Shown here: one piece after another, positions 1 through 8,080 of the stretch
Numbering within the stretch: position 1 is the stretch's first letter
Layout: each line of letters starts with the position of its first letter
From: a virus
Lineage: Duplodnaviria; Caudoviricetes
IMG/VR virus record: IMGVR_UViG_3300021411_000016
Location: 1-35,448 of that record
Reading direction: 5' to 3' (one strand)
DNA length: 35,448 nt
The notes under the pieces: generated by a model
Seen by the model: the letters and a program-made list of their open reading frames with translations, nothing else
Databases searched by the model: none
Told to the model about the DNA's origin: nothing
Program-made: the position numbers and the translations under genes

Positions 1-146
1 TGGATCGACCGCAACGCTCGCATAAGGAACTTGTAATTTATAAAGAGGCGGACAAACGATATCTAATGCGCGAGCAGGATAAGCGATATTGACGTTATAT
101 GATGGAACAACGGTAACTGCTGCACCGGATGGAATTGGAATATCGA
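1..146. repeat. Terminal direct repeat/assembly overlap, copy 1
   Basis: Identical to 35303-35448 except pos 7 G vs 35309 A and pos 130 T vs 35432 G. Confidence 0.97.
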
Positions 147-1086
147 CATTTTGAAGTGGGGATGAAGTAGAACTAACGATATTTGGGCTAACAGTCAATG
201 TGAGAGCGCCACCACCCGAAGAATTAGCGGGAGCCGTAATAACAAATTGCATTAACTGACCAGTCGATGCGCGAGACAGTGGATTAACACTGTGAACACC
301 TGCAATTTGAATTAAATCGCCAGGTAAAAAGTAATTAGCAGTACTGATAGTTGCGCCTGCCAATACAATCGTATTACCCGATGAAACCGTACCATTCACA
401 GTTAATGTATCACCTGGGAATAAAGTAGGACCTACGCCCGCTTGGTGACGAACAATATTTTGAGATTGGAAGATATCAAAATAAGACAAATGACCAATCG
501 CAGACTGTCTAACAATTTCTTCGTTAAATACGGGAGTAAAGTTATTTAACAATGCTGATTTTAACGATGATCCATCTCGAACCGTCATAGCAAGATAAGC
601 ATCGGATGCAATGTTGACACCTTGCTCCAGTAATTTAGCGCCAGCAATATCAACAGTTGCAAATGAATTAATTGGAGAGCCAGCTTGGCCCGTGAAAAAA
701 TACAATTCTTGTTCAGCATCCGCGCAAATATCGCGTTCCATTTGTGTAACGATATTTTGAATCGCAGGCTGGATGAACATACGAGAGAAATCTTCAATTC
801 GTAATGTTAAATCCTGAACGGTATAAGCAATTAATGCGTGGTATTGATGTGCAACCGTAATATTTTCAACCGTTTCAATAATATCTTGTGGTACTGCGGT
901 CGAACCATCACCAACGATAAAGTTATTTTGTCTACGAACTTGTAGAGTGTCACCGATTTTATAACCTGAGTTTTGAAAATCATCTTGGTAGATTCTTGAA
1001 CCCGTCATAATAAAAGGTGAGTTATTAGCAAACATTGCTAATGCAGTGTTTGATACCAATTGTGTAGTAATAAATTGATTGGGCAT
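1..1086 (-). CDS. Major capsid protein, P22 gp5-like, N-terminal 362 codons (403 aa total across the join)
   Basis: Not in the ORF track. ATG 1086, MPNQFITTQLVSNTALAMFANNSPF...KIGDTLQVRRQ (P22 coat-type motif); open to position 1; follows the scaffold gene. Confidence 0.92.
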   Translation of the reverse strand, partial: MPNQFITTQLVSNTALAMFANNSPFIMTGSRIYQDDFQNSGYKIGDTLQVRRQNNFIVGDGSTAVPQDIIETVENITVAHQYHALIAYTVQDLTLRIEDFSRMFIQPAIQNIVTQMERDICADAEQELYFFTGQAGSPINSFATVDIAGAKLLEQGVNIASDAYLAMTVRDGSSLKSALLNNFTPVFNEEIVRQSAIGHLSYFDIFQSQNIVRHQAGVGPTLFPGDTLTVNGTVSSGNTIVLAGATISTANYFLPGDLIQIAGVHSVNPLSRASTGQLMQFVITAPANSSGGGALTLTVSPNIVSSTSSPLQNVDIPIPSGAAVTVVPSYNVNIAYPARALDIVCPPLYKLQVPYASVAVDP

Positions 1087-1137
1087 AGCCTTTCTCCATC
1101 CGTGAGTAAGTCAATCCGTTTTGAAAGGCGGCAAAGT

Positions 1138-1968
1138 TTATTTAAACTTGCCTTCCTTCATCCTGCTTCTAATATCTGAAACAGGCGTTTTTTCGGTTAC
1201 GCCGACTGAATTCACAACTGGGTTAGACTTGATATTGCCAAGAGGACGATTTGCCGAACTTTTGTGATCTCCACCTGCAATCAAGGCGTGGCTCAGTGCT
1301 ACCAATTCAGCCGCTTGTTTGTGTGAGGGGAGTTTTGCAATACGCGAAAGTTCGTCAGGATTTTTACCGAGTTTATATAGCACTTCTCCGGAACTACCGG
1401 AGCCGGTCTTAGGTAGGATTAACGCTGCGACATCACGCATGGGCTCAGTAAAGGGCGTATCATTGCCCCGAACAACGTCATCAAAGTCATCGTATTTATC
1501 AGCGGTAGAGTCCAAATGTTTTTGGAATTCTTGATACTGTTTTTGAATGTCTTGTTGATTTTCATTGTCCTTTGCTTTGCGCTCTTCCATATCCTTCTGT
1601 TGAAGCGCAAAACTAACTGCCTTGTGAATCGCATCTTCAATGCTTCCAGGATTACCCATGGATTCATTGGGACTATTTGATTGTTGTTGCATTGACTGAT
1701 TAGGTTGGGATTGTGATTGCATTTGTGCCATCCTGGCTTGCATCTCGCGCATTTCCCTGTCATGAGAACGCTTTAATTGCTTAATCCGTTTCTGGACAGC
1801 AAGCGTTTCACCTTTATTCCCGTCGCCTTGTTCGTGGGACATATCAGAATTTGAATTTGCCTCAGCATCTTCAACTTCATCTATTCCCCCTCCAGCGCCT
1901 AAACTATCTAATGCTTCGCCCGTCAAACTTTCCGTGTCGTTACCCGACTCGTCCTGATTGCTATCCAT
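1138..1968 (-). CDS. Scaffolding protein (P22 gp8 position)
   Basis: Between portal and coat; acidic N-terminus, coiled coil, VQKRIKQL and LYKLGKNPDEL motifs; start reassigned to ATG 1968 (GTGGAGT SD). Confidence 0.8.
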   Translation of the reverse strand: MDSNQDESGNDTESLTGEALDSLGAGGGIDEVEDAEANSNSDMSHEQGDGNKGETLAVQKRIKQLKRSHDREMREMQARMAQMQSQSQPNQSMQQQSNSPNESMGNPGSIEDAIHKAVSFALQQKDMEERKAKDNENQQDIQKQYQEFQKHLDSTADKYDDFDDVVRGNDTPFTEPMRDVAALILPKTGSGSSGEVLYKLGKNPDELSRIAKLPSHKQAAELVALSHALIAGGDHKSSANRPLGNIKSNPVVNSVGVTEKTPVSDIRSRMKEGKFK

Positions 1969-2054
1969 ATTGACTCCACTCGGCAATTCTTTATGCCCAC
2001 GAGGATTAAGGCGTCTCGGTCGCCCATAGACTCCCTGTCTATGTATGAGTCAAT
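1969..2054 (-). promoter_or_regulatory. Structured 5' leader of the scaffold gene
   Basis: 8-bp closing stem ATTGACTC/GAGTCAAT covers part of the SD; internal hairpins include CATAGAC-AGGGA-GTCTATG (2025-2043). Confidence 0.6.
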
Positions 2055-2070
2055 TTTACTCTAAAGGTTT

Positions 2071-2101
2071 AAAATAAAAGTGCTACTGGTAGCACTTTTA
2101 T
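2071..2101 (-). terminator. Intrinsic terminator after portal
   Basis: Inverted repeat ATAAAAGTGCTAC-TG-GTAGCACTTTTAT with a T-rich tail on the minus strand. Confidence 0.65.
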
Positions 2102-4323
2102 GCAGAATTATTTTCCTTAGATTTATTCATTTCTTTATCATGCGATATCTGACTGTCGTGCTTATAAACATCTGCTAAAATTGCAGCGATTTTATGAGAG
2201 AAATCGAGATCCGTCTTTTTCTCGCCTTGTCCATGAATGACTTCGGCTTTCTCTAAATCTAATTTGTGTTTAAAGATTTCAGCATGTTCTTTTCCTTGAA
2301 TCTCTTGCGCCTTTAAGAACATCTCAGCTTGCTTTAATTCTAATTCTTCTTCTTCAAGCTGAATCTTTTTCATCTTCACTTGAATTTCAGCCTGTTTATT
2401 CTTGATCTCAGCCTGCTTTGCTTGAATCTCAGCTTGCATCATCATGGCTTGTGGATCAGGTTTAGGCGGTGGTGGTGGCTTGCCTTCTTCTTTCGCTAAT
2501 ATCTCGGGTGGAACAAGTGTTTTAAGACGATCTTTAACTGTTGGCATTTGTTCAATATCAAGATTACTTGCCCAAAGATCGGCAATTAACGGGAATATTT
2601 GAGGATTGTTTGCCATTGTTTCTTGGAAGAATTCAAGTGCTACTTCTTTTTGTACTGCAAAGGAAGGACCTGTATTAATCTCAACATCAAAATCACCCAT
2701 TCCAATCGTATTTAATATATTTCCATCACGGTCTTCTTGGTTAATGCGAATAGATTCGGTACGTCCATCTTTCTTACTAATGACCATTGTGCGTTCATCA
2801 TCACCCAAGATATAAGGCAATAAATCATTGACTACACGACCGCCTTGTTCGACTGCTTGCGCCATATTATCCTGATAGACATAAGCAGACATTGAACCTT
2901 CTAATTTACGTTCACGTCTTGCTTTGCCAGAAATATCTCGTCCTTGCAGCGCTTCTGTTTCACTAAATCCCAATATTTCCTTAATATCCTGAGTAGCTCT
3001 TTGAAAGTTAGCCATGATCGCCGGTGATAAATCCCAGGCTGGCATTTTTTGAGGCATTTGACCCGTTTTAGGATCAGGTTTCGCACGCAATATTCCCATT
3101 TGTAACTCAGGATTTCGCCAATCTTGTTCGTAACCAGAAATATTATCTGGCGTTCCAAGCCATTGTTCACGCCGACGATTCTTAACTTCTGCGGCAATTT
3201 CAGATCCGAAATAATTAACGCATTTTTGAGCATCACGAGCCTCATGGATAAATGACCTCGTATATTGTCTGCCTTCGATAAAATAACTATCACCATCGAC
3301 AAATATAATAGGTAATTGTTTTGAAGGCCATTCGGAAAATTCAATAATTTGATTACGGATCATTCGATAATGCATGATGCGATAATCTTGTGTCTGACGC
3401 TCAGACACTATTTTAAGTTTATTCTGTTCAATGATCTTTCGAGCTTCGGGCGTATTTTCAGTGATTTCTAATTGTTTTTTATAATCTTTTTGAATTTTTT
3501 CCCATTCAATTTCATTAACAACACTTTTATCATTTAATTTATAAATAACAACCGGAAACCATTCTTTAACAAAATAATCGCAAACTGTAATCGTATCACG
3601 TGTTTGCCATTGGAAATCGAGCAGCATATACGGATCAACGAAACTAACGGGGTCTGTTACATAAGGATAAGTCGCAAAGAATTCATCGCGTGTATAAACA
3701 TAATATCGCGCACAATAATTACCATCCCCTTTATGTGGTTTTAAGGCAGTTGGATCGAATGCTGTTCTAGTGGGATCTGAGATTAGTTCATAACGAATAA
3801 CTTGATTGAATGATTTTGTAGATTCATAATCTAATACAATTTGAAATGCACCCCAACCCATCATCAAGGATGAATTAAATGCTGTCTGGTAAATTAGGTC
3901 ATTCTGACTCTGATAACTTATCGTACGTACTAGATCAGCTCGGAGCTTTATTTGAGCTTGAGTTGCTTTCCCCGTCAGAGACCGAACTATTAGATCAGGT
4001 TTATTCTTCCGTTGCTCGCCGGCTATCTTCTTCACTGTGTCATACAATTTATTAAACGTCATGGCGGGTTTGAACAAACGCGTGAATTCAGATCGTTCGA
4101 CTGCGGTCCATTGATCGCGTAAGACGAAATTCATATCGTCTTTACCGCGCGTTATGTTCTCACCAAAATATGATTGCCAAGTGTTTAAATGTTTAGCGGC
4201 CTCTGTCAAGATCGCCTGTTCATCAACGCCCGCTTCATTTAGGCGATCAATTCGGCGTTCTTCCATTTCATTTAATTTCTCAGGATCGAAATCCTGATTA
4301 ACATCATCAATCTCACGTTCCAT
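2098..4323 (-). CDS. Portal protein, P22 gp1-like
   Basis: 741 aa; DDMNFVLRDQW, TFNKL..GEQRKN and DAQKCVNY motifs; C-terminal coiled-coil barrel. Confidence 0.92.
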   Translation of the reverse strand: MEREIDDVNQDFDPEKLNEMEERRIDRLNEAGVDEQAILTEAAKHLNTWQSYFGENITRGKDDMNFVLRDQWTAVERSEFTRLFKPAMTFNKLYDTVKKIAGEQRKNKPDLIVRSLTGKATQAQIKLRADLVRTISYQSQNDLIYQTAFNSSLMMGWGAFQIVLDYESTKSFNQVIRYELISDPTRTAFDPTALKPHKGDGNYCARYYVYTRDEFFATYPYVTDPVSFVDPYMLLDFQWQTRDTITVCDYFVKEWFPVVIYKLNDKSVVNEIEWEKIQKDYKKQLEITENTPEARKIIEQNKLKIVSERQTQDYRIMHYRMIRNQIIEFSEWPSKQLPIIFVDGDSYFIEGRQYTRSFIHEARDAQKCVNYFGSEIAAEVKNRRREQWLGTPDNISGYEQDWRNPELQMGILRAKPDPKTGQMPQKMPAWDLSPAIMANFQRATQDIKEILGFSETEALQGRDISGKARRERKLEGSMSAYVYQDNMAQAVEQGGRVVNDLLPYILGDDERTMVISKKDGRTESIRINQEDRDGNILNTIGMGDFDVEINTGPSFAVQKEVALEFFQETMANNPQIFPLIADLWASNLDIEQMPTVKDRLKTLVPPEILAKEEGKPPPPPKPDPQAMMMQAEIQAKQAEIKNKQAEIQVKMKKIQLEEEELELKQAEMFLKAQEIQGKEHAEIFKHKLDLEKAEVIHGQGEKKTDLDFSHKIAAILADVYKHDSQISHDKEMNKSKENNSA

Positions 4324-4421
4324 TGAATGAAATCCTTTTCATTTATGGATAAATTCGTGCCGTCCTTATCCCCAAGTGACGGCGCCTTGGTTACCATGGC
4401 GGGGTAGTCAACCACTGGGAT

Positions 4422-4688
4422 TTAAGGAAGTACTGCAAGCGTAATAACGCCATTAGCACCAAATGTGGGTTTATAGATTTGATTGCCATCAGAGGCCGCA
4501 ACAAATACAAAGTCTGAGGTATAAAGCGCGAGACCCTGGCTTGCGACAATATTGTTTAGAAATCCTGCACCAATGACTTGAGCGAGAGTATTGCCGCATT
4601 TAATGCGAACAATACGAGGCAACGTGCCATCTTCTTCTTGGCCTGGGAGATTAACTTGAAATACGAGATTAATAGGAATGGCTGGCAT
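4422..4688 (-). CDS. Small beta-rich protein, possible head decoration protein
   Basis: 88-aa ORF with AAGGA SD directly upstream of portal; function inferred from position only. Confidence 0.6.
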   Translation of the reverse strand: MPAIPINLVFQVNLPGQEEDGTLPRIVRIKCGNTLAQVIGAGFLNNIVASQGLALYTSDFVFVAASDGNQIYKPTFGANGVITLAVLP

Positions 4689-4721
4689 TTTTTAACATCC
4701 TTGTTAAAAAGTTAATTGAAT

Positions 4722-4898
4722 TTATTTGTGCATTTTCTCCAATGTTTCGGCTAGTCTTGCACGTTTGCCAAGTTTACCAGGTTTCTTTGCAGCGGCATCT
4801 AGTTTCTTTTTAGGAATTTTTTTATCCTTAGCAATTCCCATTTCAGAATGCAGCGCGCCTGGTTTTTTTATAGCACCTTGTATCCATTTCTTTGTCAT
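4722..4898 (-). CDS. Small basic protein (58 aa)
   Basis: Not in track: MTKKWIQGAIKKPGALHSEMGIAKDKKIPKKKLDAAAKKPGKLGKRARLAETLEKMHK; AAGGA SD; resembles a KWIQ..IKKPGALH family I recall from uncultured tailed phages. Confidence 0.85.
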   Translation of the reverse strand: MTKKWIQGAIKKPGALHSEMGIAKDKKIPKKKLDAAAKKPGKLGKRARLAETLEKMHK

Positions 4899-5068
4899 GA
4901 TAATTTCCTTTTGTCATAACGATTAATCCATTCCTTTGGAGGTTTCAGACTTTCACTTTTACCACATTTTATACAGGTTATAGTAAAACACCCATCTTTG
5001 TTAATACTAGGAGATCCTGGAAAGTGATGACCTTTACAAAAGCAAATCAAGCAGTCGATCAACCCCAT
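4895..5068 (-). CDS. Small Cys/His protein (57 aa)
   Basis: MGLIDCLICFCKGHHF...TCIKCGKSE...; ATGA overlap with the next gene. Confidence 0.6.
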   Translation of the reverse strand: MGLIDCLICFCKGHHFPGSPSINKDGCFTITCIKCGKSESLKPPKEWINRYDKRKLS

Positions 5069-5070
5069 AT

Positions 5071-5271
5071 TTAATATCTCGGTCTTTGCAATATATCTTC
5101 CATTCTATCTAATACATTGGGATGTAATTTTGATAATTTTTCTTTAAACTCATAAAGATATTCTATGCCTTTTTTCATGTCTTCAAGTTCATTTCTTTCA
5201 TATCTACTTTCTGATACGGTTGGTCGAATTGAATCATGTTGCATAATTGCATTACTAATTCTATTTAACAT
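5071..5271 (-). CDS. Hypothetical protein (66 aa)
   Basis: GGAG SD; operon packing. Confidence 0.7.
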   Translation of the reverse strand: MLNRISNAIMQHDSIRPTVSESRYERNELEDMKKGIEYLYEFKEKLSKLHPNVLDRMEDILQRPRY

Positions 5272-5299
5272 TTTAACTCCATATAATTAATTGCATTAA

Positions 5300-5785
5300 T
5301 TAACCCCATACAATTCCTTGTCCTTTACAGCTGCAGCATGTAGCAGGCGCTAATAATCCAGTAAGAGGATGGGGAACGCCACCATTTCCATCACAAACCG
5401 GACATTGATGCGGTTTTTTCTCATTTAGAGGGTAATTTTGCATAAAATATGCAAATTTATCTTCTATTTTTTTTAATCTATGAAAAATACTTTGAGTTAA
5501 ACCGTTATGAGAGCTTTCAATTTCTTCAATTCTTTTTTCTAATTTCTGATTGCTTTCATTATTAATCATATCTGAAAGTCCGTGAGCATTATAAAAATTA
5601 TCAATTCTTTTCTTATTTTCTTTATTCTCATTACATTGTCTCAACTTAAATTCGTGCAATGCTTCAATGCGAGTATTTAATGCAGTTATTTGGAATTGCA
5701 ATTTACATGCAACACAATCATGGCCGGTTATATAGGTTCCATGAATACATAATTCAGCTTTTTTATCTGGATGACATCCACTCAT
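5300..5785 (-). CDS. Coiled-coil protein with C-terminal DnaJ-type CxxCxGxG zinc finger
   Basis: CPVCDGNG...CCSCKGQG; AGGAG SD. Confidence 0.75.
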   Translation of the reverse strand: MSGCHPDKKAELCIHGTYITGHDCVACKLQFQITALNTRIEALHEFKLRQCNENKENKKRIDNFYNAHGLSDMINNESNQKLEKRIEEIESSHNGLTQSIFHRLKKIEDKFAYFMQNYPLNEKKPHQCPVCDGNGGVPHPLTGLLAPATCCSCKGQGIVWG

Positions 5786-5940
5786 TCTTTTAATTCTCCT
5801 ATTGGCACATTATTTCTAATAAAATTAACATAAAAAACCGTGCAAAATGGTTTGCCCAGATTAATGATATCTCCCTGCTCTGACCACATAAAATCATTTC
5901 CACATTTATGACACCTATATGACCTAGGTTTGAAATACAT
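5782..5940 (-). CDS. Small zinc-ribbon-like protein (52 aa)
   Basis: MYFKPRSYRCHKCGNDFMW...; TAATG and ATGA overlaps with neighbours. Confidence 0.6.
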   Translation of the reverse strand: MYFKPRSYRCHKCGNDFMWSEQGDIINLGKPFCTVFYVNFIRNNVPIGELKE

Positions 5941-6089
5941 TACTTCCTCTTTATCTTTTTCTTTTCGCCAGCCTCGCTGTAAGCTATCGCAACCGCTTGT
6001 TTTTGGGGTTTTCCAGCTTCTATTTCGCGTTTAATATTAGTCGAAAAACCTTTTTTGGTTTTCGCTTTATTTCCTTTTACAAGCGGCAT
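5940..6089 (-). CDS. Small basic protein, DUF6496-like (49 aa)
   Basis: MPLVKGNKAKTKKGFSTNIKREIEAGKPQKQAVAIAYSEAGEKKKIKRK; KQAVAIAYSEA motif; AAGGAG SD. Confidence 0.85.
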   Translation of the reverse strand: MPLVKGNKAKTKKGFSTNIKREIEAGKPQKQAVAIAYSEAGEKKKIKRK

Positions 6090-6099
6090 GACGTTCTCC

Positions 6100-6213
6100 T
6101 TATTTTTTCTTTTCTTTCTTAACTTTCTTCATATGTTTCTTTTCTTCCTTGTGATGTTCCATTTTCTTTTCATGCTTAACTTTTTCGTGATGTTTCATTT
6201 TCTTTTCTTTCAT
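6100..6213 (-). CDS. Lys/His/Glu-rich peptide (37 aa)
   Basis: MKEKKMKHHEKVKHEKKMEHHKEEKKHMKKVKKEKKK; AAGGAG SD. Confidence 0.7.
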   Translation of the reverse strand: MKEKKMKHHEKVKHEKKMEHHKEEKKHMKKVKKEKKK

Positions 6214-6298
6214 CTTGTTTCTCCTTGGTTAATTTTTCCATAATAATCGTTTAAGCATTATGAACCACTATAATCTGTTGGATACATCGACTTCCCCT

Positions 6299-6385
6299 CT
6301 AAGTTTTAATTGAATCGAATATCATCCATATTAAAAATGAACTAAATATTAAAATAATATATACATCAAATAATATTCTTATCAT
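6299..6385 (-). CDS. Possible single-TM peptide (28 aa)
   Basis: MIRILFDVYIILIFSSFLIWMIFDSIKT; AGGTG upstream; fills the operon gap. Confidence 0.4.
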   Translation of the reverse strand: MIRILFDVYIILIFSSFLIWMIFDSIKT

Positions 6386-6387
6386 GA

Positions 6388-6531
6388 TCACCTATAATCT
6401 GTGGCACGATAAAACATTTCCTGCTCGGTATTAAATATCTTATCCTTAGCCTCAAGATGTTTATCAATCCATGATACTTGTTTCTCTATTTTTGGTTCGA
6501 ATGCTTTGTTATTTAGATCATTAGTAGTCAT
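6388..6531 (-). CDS. Hypothetical protein (47 aa)
   Basis: MTTNDLNNKAFEPKIEKQ...; TAAGGAG SD. Confidence 0.65.
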   Translation of the reverse strand: MTTNDLNNKAFEPKIEKQVSWIDKHLEAKDKIFNTEQEMFYRATDYR

Positions 6532-6618
6532 CGTTAATCTCCTTATACATTCTAATTCCAGCTTTCATTCCGGCCATAAACTCTTGGCGTTGCACTTCCT
6601 TATGTTCTTTCATTATCT

Positions 6619-6861
6619 CTATTTTAAATCAAGCTCCCTATCTTTCAATGCCACATAGAATAAATTAGATAATGCGCAGTTCAAATATTTATTTAAGAAT
6701 TTCTCCAATTCTTTTGCATCCAATTTAAGTGATTTTAAACTAATACTTGTTGTCCAATGACTCTCGGGGAATTTTTCAGGATGAATAGCCGCAAGGCTAT
6801 CCATATAAAGAGTGATATCTAGCTTTTTTGCATCTTTATTAAGTTTAAACTTAAATTCCAT
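6619..6861 (-). CDS. Hypothetical protein (80 aa)
   Basis: ORF track; AAGGA SD; overlaps the upstream stop. Confidence 0.7.
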   Translation of the reverse strand: MEFKFKLNKDAKKLDITLYMDSLAAIHPEKFPESHWTTSISLKSLKLDAKELEKFLNKYLNCALSNLFYVALKDRELDLK

Positions 6862-7303
6862 TTTTCTTTCCTTTCTTTTTTAGTATCTTTTCAGCTTCTT
6901 TATTCTTCTTAACTTCTTCGCGTTCACGTCTAATTTTATCTTTTTCTTCTTGTTTTAACCATTCTTCTTCTTTCTTTCTATTAAATTTTATCATTTCGAT
7001 TCTTTCTTTTCGTTCGGATATTTTCTTATTATCAATTTCAATCTTTTTATCATATTCTTTTTTAGCTTTCTCAAGATCACTTATTCGTCTATTTGCCATA
7101 AGTAATTTTTTATTAAATTCTTTAATTGTAGAGTTAAATGAATCTTTTGCGTCCTTGATAATTTTACTATGTAACTTACGTAACTCAACTTCATGTTTCT
7201 CTAATATTTTCAGCCAACTTTCATCCAATAAATACTCAGCCACATTCGCCCCTTTTAGTTTCCCTTCAAAGTTTCCATAATAATTACATTGTGGTTCCAT
7301 CAA
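6851..7303 (-). CDS. Lys/Glu coiled-coil protein
   Basis: 150-aa ORF, highly charged helical composition. Confidence 0.7.
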   Translation of the reverse strand: MMEPQCNYYGNFEGKLKGANVAEYLLDESWLKILEKHEVELRKLHSKIIKDAKDSFNSTIKEFNKKLLMANRRISDLEKAKKEYDKKIEIDNKKISERKERIEMIKFNRKKEEEWLKQEEKDKIRREREEVKKNKEAEKILKKKGKKNGI

Positions 7304-7893
7304 ATATATTCCTTTAATATCGTTGCACGGCTTTTATGTCTTAATTTACGCAATGCTTTAGCTTCTATTTGCCTCACTCTTTCTCTAGTAATATCAAATA
7401 CAATCCCTGTCTCTTCAAGGGTGTGCTCATCCTCACCATTCAGTCCAAACCTTAAATTGATGACCTTTTGTTCTCTTGAGGAAAGTGTCGCTAATTGAAC
7501 ATCGATAACCTGAGAGCGCTCATCATCATGCACAATTTCATATAATAGTTTTTGTTTAGCATCACACGATTCAATCATGAACTTCATCTCAGCTTCATTG
7601 ACCGCAATAGATCGTTTATTTGTTTTTAGAATGGTATGTAATTGTGTATCAGAAAATAGATCTAATGGATCGCAACCAATCTTTTCAGCAACCAACTTAA
7701 TACAAGAATAGAATTCACCTGTTGATTTTAAAGGAGATCGTTTCATTGCAGCAATTTTACCTAATGCAGAACTATATTTCATTACATTATGAATACGACA
7801 AAACTCCCCAATACTTTTATAACCCGCCCGCTCAAGCTTATAGAGTAGTGTATTATTCCTTACCTTTACATCTATCCTATATTCTTCCATCAC
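7300..7893 (-). CDS. HTH-like N-terminus fused to a sigma70 region 4 domain
   Basis: C-terminus [50 protein letters not shown] closely matches RpoD region 4; no region 2 visible. Confidence 0.88.
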   Translation of the reverse strand: MMEEYRIDVKVRNNTLLYKLERAGYKSIGEFCRIHNVMKYSSALGKIAAMKRSPLKSTGEFYSCIKLVAEKIGCDPLDLFSDTQLHTILKTNKRSIAVNEAEMKFMIESCDAKQKLLYEIVHDDERSQVIDVQLATLSSREQKVINLRFGLNGEDEHTLEETGIVFDITRERVRQIEAKALRKLRHKSRATILKEYI

Positions 7894-8069
7894 TTTCCAT
7901 CCTTCAAATAAGCAGGATAAGTTGGATCTAATTTTTTATAAATAAAATGAGGGTTTAAAACCCATTTACTCACATATAAATCATTTCCACGCCCGCTAAT
8001 CTCGCATGTTGAATATTTCCATGTGCGCTTATCATTGTAATTATAAGGCCATAGTTTTTTAAGCTTCAT
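7890..8069 (-). CDS. Hypothetical protein (59 aa)
   Basis: [28 protein letters not shown]...; AAGGA SD; stop overlaps next start. Confidence 0.6.
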   Translation of the reverse strand: MKLKKLWPYNYNDKRTWKYSTCEISGRGNDLYVSKWVLNPHFIYKKLDPTYPAYLKDGK

Positions 8070-8080
8070 TTAAAGTCCTT

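Noticed and set aside
2052-2063. TAGAGT(A/C)AAATT shared by scaffold and terS upstream regions (also 10564-10575) as a late-promoter motif
   Set aside because: Only two copies of an AT-rich 12-mer with a mismatch, in different positions relative to the putative -10 elements
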